From: an uncultured Chloroflexia bacterium
Lineage (GTDB): Bacteria > Chloroflexota > Limnocylindria > Limnocylindrales > CSP1-4
NCBI GenBank assembly: GCA_963712585.1
Contig: CAVQIH010000015.1
Location: 6,886 to 70,885 of the forward strand
DNA: 64,000 bases
Reading direction: 5' to 3'
Shown: positions 19,326-28,173 of the stretch, piece by piece
How the letters are laid out: every line of letters begins with the position of its first letter
Numbering within the stretch: position 1 is the stretch's first letter
Position numbers and translations under genes: made by a program
Notes under the pieces: model-generated
What the model saw: only the letters and a program-made list of their open reading frames with translations
Database searches by the model: none
What the model was told of the DNA's origin: nothing

Positions 19326-20155
19326 CCGTCGGGCCCGCGAGTTGACCCGGCCCAGGCGAGCGCCGTCGAGATGTCGAGCCGGCCCTCGTAGAGCGCCCGC
19401 CCCACGATCGCGCCCCGGCAGCCGGCCGCCCGCACCGCCTCGAGGTCGGAGAGCGAGGCGATGCCGCCCGACGCGATGATCGTCGCCGGCGTCGCCCTGA
19501 CGACCCGCCGCAACAGCGCGAGGTCGGGTCCCCCCAGAAGGCCGTCTCGCTCGACCGCAGTCACCACGAACCGTCCGACGCCGACCGCCACGAGCCGCTC
19601 CAGCGCGGCCTCGACCGCTACCCCGGCCGCATCGGCAACCCAGGCATCTCCGAGGGCTCGTCCATCCCGCACGTCGAGCGCGACGGCGACCCGGTCACGG
19701 CCGTGCTGGCTCACCAACTCCGCGACGAGGGCGACGTTTCGGAGGGCCGCAGTCCCCAGCACGACCCGGGCCGCGCCCGTGGCGAACGCCGCCTCCACGG
19801 CCGCCGCCGTGCGCAAGCCGCCGGCTACCTGACACGCCACGGCGCTCCCGACCGCCTGCACGATCGCCGAGATCTGGGCCAACTGGACGGGGATCCCGGC
19901 CCGGGCGCCGTCGAGATCGACGAGATGGAGCCAGGAGGCGCCAGCTTGAGCGAACGACCTGGCCACGGGCAGTGGATCAACCGCATACGCCGTCTGGGCG
20001 GCGAAGTCCCCTTGCTCCAGCCGAACCACCTGCCCTCCGCGAAGGTCGATGGCCGGAACGACGTCGAAGCGCCGATGGCGCCGCGCGTTCTCGTCCGACT
20101 GAAGGGGGGCCTCGTCCTCCCCCGCGCCCGGTGCCCCGGTCTGCTGTTCCGCCAA
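19313..20155 (-). CDS. hisA: ProFAR isomerase HisA
   Basis: 3' part of track ORF 19313..20554. Motifs are FDVVPAIDLRGGQVVRLEQGDF, LHLVDLDGA, GGLR and ASGGIASLSDL. The nearest canonical in-frame start is TTG 20155, preceded by GGTGAGGG. Confidence 0.88.
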   Translation of the reverse strand: MAEQQTGAPGAGEDEAPLQSDENARRHRRFDVVPAIDLRGGQVVRLEQGDFAAQTAYAVDPLPVARSFAQAGASWLHLVDLDGARAGIPVQLAQISAIVQAVGSAVACQVAGGLRTAAAVEAAFATGAARVVLGTAALRNVALVAELVSQHGRDRVAVALDVRDGRALGDAWVADAAGVAVEAALERLVAVGVGRFVVTAVERDGLLGGPDLALLRRVVRATPATIIASGGIASLSDLEAVRAAGCRGAIVGRALYEGRLDISTALAWAGSTRGPDGWQA

Positions 20156-20181
20156 CGGACTGCCCTCACCATCTCTCGGGC

Positions 20182-20210
20182 TTGACGGCCTCGTCGCATC
20201 CGAGTAGCAT
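20182..20210 (+). promoter_or_regulatory. candidate sigma70-type promoter for yerC and the his operon (TTGACG-N17-TAGCAT)
   Basis: TTGACG lies at 20182-20187, followed by a 17-nt spacer and TAGCAT at 20205-20210. It sits in the AT-enriched divergent region between hisA and yerC. Tandem AGTAGCA-T-AGTAGCA overlaps the -10 element. Confidence 0.35.
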
Positions 20211-20302
20211 AGTAGCACGTTATCATGCAACCACGCACGCCTGCTCGCCAGGAGCGACCCGGAATGGGCGAATGCTCGGCCGCAGTGAGGAGACCCCCAG
20301 CG

Positions 20303-20683
20303 ATGGCGACAGTCAGCGACGACTGGCGGACCAGCGAGACGAAGGCGCTCTTCCGGGCGATCCGTGGCCTGCGCACCGACGCCGAGACCGAGCGGTTCTT
20401 CCGCGATCTCTGCACGCTCGGCGAGCTTCACGACCTCGCCCAGCGCTGGGCGGTCGTGCGCCTCCTCGACGCCGGCCTTCACTACGCCGACATCTCGCGC
20501 CAGACGGGGGCGAGCACCGCCACGATCACCCGTATCGCATCGTGGCTGCACCATGGGGAGGGTGGCTACCGGATCGCCCTCGAGCGGATCCGAACGGCTG
20601 GCGGTGGGGCGGCCGAGGACGCGGAGGCCGGCCCGCGGGGTGGCGGCCGGGGGGCGAGCGTGCGGCGGCCCGCCGAACGATGA
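20303..20683 (+). CDS. yerC: YerC/YecD-family TrpR-like DNA-binding protein
   Basis: Frame of track ORF 20225..20683, starting at MATVSDDWRTSETKALFRAI. It matches the family pattern in FFRDLCTLGELHDLAQRWAVVRLLDAGLHYADISRQTGASTATITRIASWL. The stop overlaps the hisG ATG (ATGA). Confidence 0.75.
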   Translation: MATVSDDWRTSETKALFRAIRGLRTDAETERFFRDLCTLGELHDLAQRWAVVRLLDAGLHYADISRQTGASTATITRIASWLHHGEGGYRIALERIRTAGGGAAEDAEAGPRGGGRGASVRRPAER

Positions 20684-21540
20684 GGGACCGCCTTCGTCTG
20701 GCGGTCCCCAACAAGGGTCGCCTCGTCGAGCCTACCCTGGCCCTCCTGCACGACGCCGGGCTGGTCTTCGAGGAGCACGATCGCAGCCTGGTGGCACGCG
20801 TCCAGAACTTCGACCTCGACATCCTCTTCGTGCGGACCCCCGACATCGTGGAGTTCGTCGGCGATGGCGTCGCAGACCTGGGCATCACCGGCGAGGACCT
20901 CCTCTCGGAGACGGGCGCGGAACTGCCTCGGATCCGGGCGCTCGGCTACGGCCGGTGCCGCCTGACGGTCGCCGTCCCCAGCGACGCCCCGTATCGCGCG
21001 GCCGAGGACCTGGCCACGCTCCGCGTTGCCACCGCACACCCGGCCACGACGCGGCGCTTCTTCGCCGAACGGGCGATCCCGATTGACGTCGTCGCCCTCT
21101 CGGGCGCCGTCGAGGTCGCGCCGCGGCTCGGCCTGGCCGAGGCCATCGTCGACCTCGTCTCCACGGGCTCGACTCTGGTCATGAACGGCCTGCGACCGCT
21201 CGAGGACGTCCTCGCCTCCGAGGCCGTCCTCATCGCGAACCCGGCCGCGCTCGACGGCCGGGCCAGCCAGATCGGCGCCGTCGACACCATGCTCAACGCG
21301 GTGATCGGGGCTCGTGGTCGCAAGTACCTGATGATGAATGCGGCGGCCGATCGGGTCGGCGAGATCGAGGCCCTTCTGCCGGGCCTTGAGTCCCCCTCGC
21401 TCATCCCCCTTGCGCACCTGGGGATGGTCGCCATCCATGCGGTCGTCGGCACGGACGACGTCTGGGGGCTCCTGCCGCGGCTGAAGCACGCCGGCGCCTC
21501 GGGCATCCTCGTCGTCCCCATCGAGAAGCTGATCCCGTGA
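20680..21540 (+). CDS. hisG: ATP phosphoribosyltransferase HisG (long form)
   Basis: The last 286 aa of track ORF 19972..21540, starting at MRDRLRLAVPNKGRL. Motifs include DLGITGEDLL and LVSTGSTLVMNGL, plus a C-terminal regulatory domain. Confidence 0.92.
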   Translation: MRDRLRLAVPNKGRLVEPTLALLHDAGLVFEEHDRSLVARVQNFDLDILFVRTPDIVEFVGDGVADLGITGEDLLSETGAELPRIRALGYGRCRLTVAVPSDAPYRAAEDLATLRVATAHPATTRRFFAERAIPIDVVALSGAVEVAPRLGLAEAIVDLVSTGSTLVMNGLRPLEDVLASEAVLIANPAALDGRASQIGAVDTMLNAVIGARGRKYLMMNAAADRVGEIEALLPGLESPSLIPLAHLGMVAIHAVVGTDDVWGLLPRLKHAGASGILVVPIEKLIP

Positions 21541-22884
21541 CTCCCCTGCCCGTCCGCCTGCCGCGACTCGACCTGGCCGCCGCCGCCCTCGACGCCGACG
21601 TCGCCGCCGTTCGTGATCGGCTCTTCCGGCGCGGCGCGGTGCCGGACCCCGCGGTGCGGGAGGGCGCGCGAGCGATCCTGGCGGAGGTCCGCGAGGGCGG
21701 CGGACGCCGCGGTCCGGGCAGCGAACGAGCGCTTCGGCGGCGGCCGGTCCGACGGTCGCCTGACTGTCTCGGAAGGCGAGCTGCTGGCCGCCCGAGACGC
21801 GCTGCCGGGCCGGGTCCGGGCTGGCCTCGAGCAGATGATCCAGAACGTCCGGACCTTCGCCGAAACGCAGCTCCCGGTCACGACGCGGGTCGAGATCGTG
21901 CCCGGGATCGAGATCGAGCGTCGCTGGCGACCCCTGGCCCGGGTGGGAGCGTACGTGCCCGGTGGCTCGGCCGCCTATCCCAGCTCGCTCGTGATGTGCG
22001 CCGTGCCAGCCCGGGTCGCCGGGGTGGCGAGCCTGACGGTCGCCGCGCCGGCCGACCGCGCCGGCCAGCTCGACCCGGTGCTTCTCGGGGCGGCTGGCCT
22101 GCTGGGCGTCCGCACGATGATCGTCGCCGGCGGGGCCCAGGCGGTCGGAGCGCTCGTCTACGGCCTCCCGGAGGCCGGCGTCCCGCCGGTCGATCGAATT
22201 GTCGGGCCCGGCAACGCCTGGGTGACGGCGGCCAAGCTCGAGGTCTGCGGCGAGGTCGGCATCGACCTACCGGCCGGTCCCTCAGAGGTCATGATCCTGG
22301 CCGACCGAACGGCTGATCCCGAGCACGTCGCCGCCGATCTCCTGAGCCAGGCGGAGCACGGCCCCGACTCGCCGGCCATCCTGGTGACCACCGACCCGGC
22401 CGTGGCGGATGCCGTGGAGATCGCCCTGGCGGCCCAGCTCACGTTCGCGGCGAGGCGCGCCATCCTCGAGCGTTCCCTGGCGGCGTGCGGCCTGATCGTC
22501 CTCGCCCCCGATCGGGCCGCCGCGATTGCCTTCGTCGACGCCTACGCCCCCGAGCACCTCAGCGTGGTCGTCGTCGATGTCGAGGACGCGGTGTCGCGGA
22601 TCTCCAACGCCGGATCGCTCTTCGTGGGCGCGTTCGCGCCCGAGTCGGCCGGCGACTACGCCTCGGGGGCCAACCACGTCCTGCCCACGGGCGGGCTGGC
22701 ACGCTCGTCGGGAGCGCTGGGGGTCGAGGCCTTCGGCAAGTACGTCCAGGTCCAGCGGATCGACCGCCGAGGGCTCGCCTCGATCCGTGACGCGGTGGCC
22801 GCCGTGGCCGAGGCGGAGGGACTGCTCGCCCACCGGGCGGCGGTCGAGCTGCGGTTCACGGCCGAGCGGCAGGTCTCCCGATGA
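21537..22884 (+). CDS. hisD: histidinol dehydrogenase HisD, with one apparent frameshift near the N-terminus
   Basis: The N-terminus is in track ORF 21537..22316 (AILAEVREGG). The body is in track ORF 21613..22884 (DAAVRAANERFGG..., AGPSEVMILAD, SQAEHGPDS, NHVLPTGG). They join near 21697-21704, where an extra G appears in GGCGGCGG. Confidence 0.88.
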
Positions 22885-24056
22885 GTCCCGCCAGGGTTAC
22901 GACGGCCGATCCGACCGGGGATCCGCCGGCAGCCGCGCTCGGCCCGGGCACACCCGACGCCATGGCCGTCTACGCCTGGGAGGCCACCGACGAGCAAGTG
23001 GCCGAGCGCTTCGGGGTCGCAATCGAGGCGATCGTGCGCTTCGACCTCAACACCTCGCCGGTACCCCCGGAGCTCGCCGCGCGCATCCTGGCGGCCGGTC
23101 GTTTCGAGTCGCCGCTCTCCGACTATCCCCCATCGGACTACCGGCGCCTGGTCGAGGCGGCCGCCGACACCTATGGCGTGGACCGCGACGAAGTCCTCGT
23201 GGGCGCCGGGGCTGACGAGGTCCTCGACATGGTCGGCAAGGCATTCCTCGAGCCCGGAGGCACCGCGGTCGTCCCTGTCCCGACCTACGCGATGTATCGC
23301 GTGATCAGCGAGCAACGCCGAGGACGGGTGGTGGCCGTGCCCAGGCTCGGGCCGGCCGATGGGTACGCCCTCAACGTGCCGGCCACGCGGGAGGCGGCCC
23401 GCAGCGCGCAGATCGTCTGGCTCTGCGACCCGAACAACCCGACCGCCCGGAGCGAACCGGACGGCACGGTCGAAACCCTTCTGGCGGGTCTCGCTGGCGA
23501 CGCCGCTGCGGAGGGCCGGGTCGGCCCCGTCGTCGTCATCGACGAGGCGTACGCCGAGTACGTCGGGCGGACCCATCTGCGGCTGAGGTCCGCGTACCCC
23601 AGGCTGGTCGTCGTCCGCACCGCCAGCAAGGCGTACGCGTTGGCCGGACTCCGGGTGGGGTTCGCCATCGGCCTGAAGGGCACGATCGCGGCGGTTGCCC
23701 GGTACCGGCCGCCGGGCTCGGTCGCCACCACGTCCGCGACCGTCGTGGCCCAGGCCCTCCGCGATGGGCAATGGCTGACCCGCAACGTCGATCGGGTCGT
23801 CAGCGAGCGCGAGCGCCTCGCGGCCGCCCTGCGAGGGATCGGCTGGACGGTCGAGCCGTCGGTCACCAACTTCCTGGTCTGTGCCTTCGGCTCGCCCGAA
23901 GAGGCGCGACGAATGGCCCACCGCCTGCTCGGCCGCGGCCTCGTCCCACGCACGTTCCCGGCCGGCCATGAGTTCGCGGCCGCGCTGCGCATCACCGTCC
24001 GCTCGCCCGAGGACGACGATCGCCTCGTGGCCGTCGCCGGGGAGGAGGCCCGATGA
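22881..24056 (+). CDS. hisC: histidinol-phosphate aminotransferase HisC
   Basis: Track ORF 22881..24056. It has a class-II aminotransferase pattern (YPPSDY, NPNNPT, IDEAYAEY, RTASKAYALAGLRVG). Confidence 0.9.
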   Translation: MSPARVTTADPTGDPPAAALGPGTPDAMAVYAWEATDEQVAERFGVAIEAIVRFDLNTSPVPPELAARILAAGRFESPLSDYPPSDYRRLVEAAADTYGVDRDEVLVGAGADEVLDMVGKAFLEPGGTAVVPVPTYAMYRVISEQRRGRVVAVPRLGPADGYALNVPATREAARSAQIVWLCDPNNPTARSEPDGTVETLLAGLAGDAAAEGRVGPVVVIDEAYAEYVGRTHLRLRSAYPRLVVVRTASKAYALAGLRVGFAIGLKGTIAAVARYRPPGSVATTSATVVAQALRDGQWLTRNVDRVVSERERLAAALRGIGWTVEPSVTNFLVCAFGSPEEARRMAHRLLGRGLVPRTFPAGHEFAAALRITVRSPEDDDRLVAVAGEEAR

Positions 24057-24679
24057 ACCTGCCGCTCGGCTCGCTCGAGGTGCTCGAGTCGGGTGATCGG
24101 CGGGCCCGGGTCACCCGCCGAACGCGTGAGACCGAGGTCACCGTGGAGGTCACGCTCGACGGCTCCGGGGAGGCCGAGATCGCCACGGGTGTCGGCGCCT
24201 ATGACCACCTGCTTGGGTCACTCGCCCATCACGGCCTCTTCGACCTCAGGGTGGCGGCGGCCGGCGACCTCGAGATCGACGAGCACCACACGGTGGAGGA
24301 CGTCGCCCTCGTGCTCGGCGCCGCGTTTGACGCGGCACTTGGCGACCGCGTCGGCATCGTCCGTTTCGGCGATTCCGCAGTGCCCATGGACGAGTCCCTG
24401 GCGACGGCCGTGGTGGACGTCGGCGGTCGCCCCTATGCGGTGATCGACCTGCCGTTCCGCGGCGAGCGGATCGGGTCGCTGCCGCTCCAGCTGGTTGAGC
24501 ATGCCCTTGAGGCGTTCGCCCGCACCAGCGGCACCACACTCCACATCAGGGGAACTGGACGCAACGACCATCACCTCGCGGAAGCGGCGTTCAAGGCGCT
24601 CGGCCGGGCCCTGCGAGCGGCCTGCGCCCGGGATCCGCGACGGTCCGGAACTCCCTCGACCAAGGGCGCGCTCGGATGA
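24053..24679 (+). CDS. hisB: imidazoleglycerol-phosphate dehydratase HisB
   Basis: Track ORF 24053..24679. Motifs are RRTRETEVTVEVTLDG, DEHHTVEDVALVLG and NDHHLAEAAFKALGRAL. Confidence 0.93.
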   Translation: MNLPLGSLEVLESGDRRARVTRRTRETEVTVEVTLDGSGEAEIATGVGAYDHLLGSLAHHGLFDLRVAAAGDLEIDEHHTVEDVALVLGAAFDAALGDRVGIVRFGDSAVPMDESLATAVVDVGGRPYAVIDLPFRGERIGSLPLQLVEHALEAFARTSGTTLHIRGTGRNDHHLAEAAFKALGRALRAACARDPRRSGTPSTKGALG

Positions 24680-25332
24680 CCGGCTGGAGCGGGACAGGCG
24701 TGCCCGCCCGACCGACCTCGGTCGCCATCGTCGACTACGGGGCCGGCAACCTCGTCAGCATCGGCCAGGCCCTGGCCCGGGTCGGAGCGGATGTTCGGCT
24801 TGCCCGGACCGGCGCCGACCTCGACTCGGCCGACGCGTTGGTGGTGCCGGGCGTGGGCGCCGCCGCGCCGGCGATGGCCCGGCTTCGCCGCCGCGGCCTG
24901 CTTGGCCCGATCCTCGACTGGGTCACGGCCGGGCGGCCGTACCTGGGTATCTGCCTCGGCCTCCAGCTGCTGTTCGAGGGGAGCGACGAGGACGGCGCGC
25001 GCACGTTCGGGGTCCTGGCAGGCCGGACCGTCGTCCTCGAAGGGGCACCGAGCCTGCCGCACATCGGCTGGAACCAGGTCTCGCCATGCCGGACGCACCC
25101 GCTCTTCGACCGCATCGCCCCCGGCGCCAACTTCTACTTCGTGCACTCGTACGTCGGCCAGCCGGCGCGCGACAGCGAGGACGTGGTCGTCGCCCGGACG
25201 ACCCACGGTGCGGCGTTCGCCAGTGTCGTGGCGCGCGGCCCGCTCCTGGGCGTGCAGTTCCATCCCGAGCGTAGTGATGTCGACGGACTCCGGCTGCTGG
25301 CGAATTTCGTGGGACTGGCACGGAGCGCCTGA
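24676..25332 (+). CDS. hisH: imidazole glycerol phosphate synthase, glutaminase subunit HisH
   Basis: Track ORF 24676..25332. Motifs are [20 protein letters not shown] and GVQFHPERS. Confidence 0.93.
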   Translation: MTGWSGTGVPARPTSVAIVDYGAGNLVSIGQALARVGADVRLARTGADLDSADALVVPGVGAAAPAMARLRRRGLLGPILDWVTAGRPYLGICLGLQLLFEGSDEDGARTFGVLAGRTVVLEGAPSLPHIGWNQVSPCRTHPLFDRIAPGANFYFVHSYVGQPARDSEDVVVARTTHGAAFASVVARGPLLGVQFHPERSDVDGLRLLANFVGLARSA

Positions 25333-26129
25333 TGTTGTGCACTCGCGTCATCCCCTGCCTCGACGTGGCCGACGGACGGGTGGTCAAGGGTCGCCGCTTC
25401 GTCGAGCTGAGTGACGAGGGCGATCCGCCCGAGCTCGCCGAGCGCTACGCTCGCGAAGGCGCGGACGAGCTCGTCTACCTCGATATCACCGCGGCCCCTC
25501 AGGGGCGGGCAACGCTGCTCGAGATCGTCGAGAGGACGGCTAGGCGGGCCTTCATCCCCCTGACGGTTGGTGGAGGCGTGCGCTCCGTGGCCGAGATGCG
25601 CGACGTCCTGCGCGCGGGTGCCGACAAGGTCGGCATTAACACCGCCGCGGTCCGCGACCCCCAACTCATCCGGCAATGCGCCCGGCGCTTCGGACGCCAG
25701 GCCGTCGTCGTCTCGATCGATGCCCGGCGCATCGAGCCGCCGAGCGCCGGCCCGCGCTGGGAGGTCGTGGTGACGGGCGGTCGCGAGTCGACCGGGCTCG
25801 ACGCCGTGGAGTGGGCGACGCACGCGGCGGAGCTCGGAGCGGGTGAGCTCCTCGTCACCTCCATCGACCGCGACGGCACCCAGAGCGGCTATGACACGGC
25901 GCTCCTGCGGGCGATCGTGGACCGCGTGGAGGTCCCGGTGATCGCCTCGGGAGGGGCTGCGGCGCCGGCGGACTTCGTGGCCGCCGTGCGAGCTGGCGGG
26001 GCCGCCGCCGTCCTGGCTGCCTCGATCTTCCACCGGGGCCTGGTCTCGATCGCCCAGGTGAAAGAGGCCCTCGCGGCCGCCGGCATTCCGGTGCGGGCGG
26101 TTCGCGACGGATCCGGAGTCCCGGCGTGA
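25332..26129 (+). CDS. hisF: imidazole glycerol phosphate synthase, cyclase subunit HisF
   Basis: Track ORF 25332..26129. Motifs are [38 protein letters not shown] and ASGGAA. Confidence 0.95.
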   Translation: MLCTRVIPCLDVADGRVVKGRRFVELSDEGDPPELAERYAREGADELVYLDITAAPQGRATLLEIVERTARRAFIPLTVGGGVRSVAEMRDVLRAGADKVGINTAAVRDPQLIRQCARRFGRQAVVVSIDARRIEPPSAGPRWEVVVTGGRESTGLDAVEWATHAAELGAGELLVTSIDRDGTQSGYDTALLRAIVDRVEVPVIASGGAAAPADFVAAVRAGGAAAVLAASIFHRGLVSIAQVKEALAAAGIPVRAVRDGSGVPA

Positions 26130-26809
26130 GCTGGCCGACGATCGACCCAGCCGCCGTCCACTGGGACGCCGCAGGGCTCGTCCCGGTCGTCGTCCAGGAC
26201 GCGCTGGACCGCCGGGTCCTCATGCTCGCCTACGCTGACGTCGAAGCTCTCGCGGCGACGGTCGCGACGGGTGAAGTCCACTTCCACTCGCGCTCGCGCG
26301 ACCGGCTCTGGAAGAAGGGCGAGACGAGTGGCAACATCCTGCGCCTTGTTGAGCTCGCGATCGACTGCGACGGGGATGCCCTGCTCCTGACGGCCGAGCC
26401 AGCCGGCCCGACCTGCCATCGCGGCACGCCCAGCTGCTTCGACCCGGACGGCACACCAGCCGCTCGCGGCGAGGGCTTCGCCTGGCTGGAGGCGCTCTGG
26501 ACGACCATCGCCTCGCGAGCCCAGACGCGCCCGCCGGGCTCGTACACCGGGCGACTGCTCGACGGCGGCGTCGATGCGGTCGGGCGCAAGGTGGTCGAGG
26601 AGGCGACGGAGGTGCTGATGGCGGCCAAGGACGACGCCGCCCTCGAGGCCGCGGGCGCAGCCGCCGACTCTCCACGACGGGCCGGGGCGCGAGATGCCCT
26701 GACCGGCGAGGTCGCGGACCTGCTCTTCCACACCCTGGTGCTCCTCGCGGAGCGCGGGCTCGCGCCGAGCGCCGCCCTCGCCAGGCTCAGGGAGCGACAC
26801 CAGCCATAG
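26126..26809 (+). CDS. hisI: bifunctional phosphoribosyl-AMP cyclohydrolase / phosphoribosyl-ATP diphosphatase HisIE
   Basis: Track ORF 26126..26809. The HisI part is LVPVVVQD...[16 protein letters not shown]...DCDGDALL. The HisE part is [12 protein letters not shown]...[13 protein letters not shown]. Confidence 0.9.
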   Translation: MSWPTIDPAAVHWDAAGLVPVVVQDALDRRVLMLAYADVEALAATVATGEVHFHSRSRDRLWKKGETSGNILRLVELAIDCDGDALLLTAEPAGPTCHRGTPSCFDPDGTPAARGEGFAWLEALWTTIASRAQTRPPGSYTGRLLDGGVDAVGRKVVEEATEVLMAAKDDAALEAAGAAADSPRRAGARDALTGEVADLLFHTLVLLAERGLAPSAALARLRERHQP

Positions 26810-26812
26810 TGG

Positions 26813-28152
26813 TCAGCCCGGCCGGACGACCCTCAGGACGCGGTAGTCGCGCTTGCCCCGCCGGACGAAGAGCAGGCCGTCGGCTGGCAAGGCAGGCACG
26901 TCGGCCGGCTGTCGAACCCGCTCGTCCTCCACATACAGCCCACCCTGGCCGATGAGACGCCGGGCCTCGCCGGCTGATGCTGCCGCGCCACTCTCCACGG
27001 CGACGATGGCGGCCGTCGGCCCGCTCGAGGTGCGGGCGATCGTCCTCGACGGCAGGCACGCGGCCGCCAGGCTGCGCAGCTCGGGATCGAGACTGGACAC
27101 CGAGCCCGAGAACACGGCTTCGCTGATCTCCTGGACGCGCCGCGCGATCTCGCCGCCGTGCACCCGCGCCGTCACGTCGAACGCGAGCGTCCGCTGGGCC
27201 TGGCGTGCCTCCGGATGGGTCGCGGTCGCGCCCTCGAGAGCCTCGATCGCCTCAGGCTCGAACAGGGTGAACCAGCGCAGGTACGTGGCGACGTCCCGGT
27301 CGTCGGCGTTGAACCAGTACTGGTAGAACTCGTAAGCCGAGGTCTGGGCCGGTCGAGCCAGACCGACTCGCCACCCTCGCTCTTGCCGAACTTCGTCCCC
27401 GACGGGGCGAGCAGCAGTGGATAGGCGAGCGCATAGGCCGGTTCATGGCCCTCGGCAAGGCCCCTGGCGCGCCGGATCAGCTCGAGGCCGGCGGTGATGT
27501 TGCCCCACTGGTCGGCGCCGCCCATCTGGAGCTCCACGCCCATCGTGCGGTTGAGGTGCTCGAAGTCGTGGGCCTGCAGGAGCATGTAGCTGAACTCGGT
27601 GTAGGAAAGCCCGCGCTCCAGGCGCACCTGGACCGAATCCTTCGCCAGCATGTAGGGGACGGTGAAGTGCTTGCCGGTGTCGCGCAGGAAGTCGAGCAGG
27701 CGGAGCTCGCCGAGCCACTCGAGGTTGTTGACCAGGATCGCCGCGCCCGGCCCGGGCTCCAAGTCGAGGAAGCGCCCGAGCTGGCCCCGGATCGAGGCCA
27801 CGTTGGCCTCAAGGGTGGCGGGGTCGAGGAGGTTCCGCTCCAGTGAACGCCCCGAGGGATCGCCGATCATGCCGGTCCCGCCGCCGACCACGGCCACCGG
27901 CCGTCCGCCGTGACGCTGCAGCTGGATGAGCCCGAAGATCGGCACCAGGTGACCGACGTGGAGGGACGGGGCTGAAGGGTCGAAGCCGACGTAGCCGGCG
28001 ATCGGGCGGCCCGTGGCCAGGCGCGCCTCGAGCCCCGGCGTCGCCTCGTGGAACATGCCCCGCCAGCGCAGCTCGGGCAGGAGCCCACCCAGGCCAGCGG
28101 CGGTGGGCACGGACGGTCGGGTGCGCGGGTGCGAGGGGGATGCCACGAGCAC
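26813..28152 (-). CDS. tyrS: tyrosyl-tRNA synthetase, with one apparent frameshift
   Basis: The N-terminal two thirds are in track ORF 27172..28152 ([28 protein letters not shown]). The C-terminus is in track ORF 26813..27175, including the S4-like end ([15 protein letters not shown]). The connecting text [21 protein letters not shown] is readable after restoring one C near 27347-27353. The start is uncertain (GTG 28152 or GTG 28110). Confidence 0.88.
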
Positions 28153-28173
28153 CTATGCTATCGTGGCCGCGGC

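Noticed and set aside
19972-21540. The 522-aa track ORF spanning the hisA antisense strand, yerC and hisG.
   Set aside because: Only the last 286 aa (from MRDRLRLAVPNKG) are HisG. The upstream part is antisense or out-of-frame sequence.
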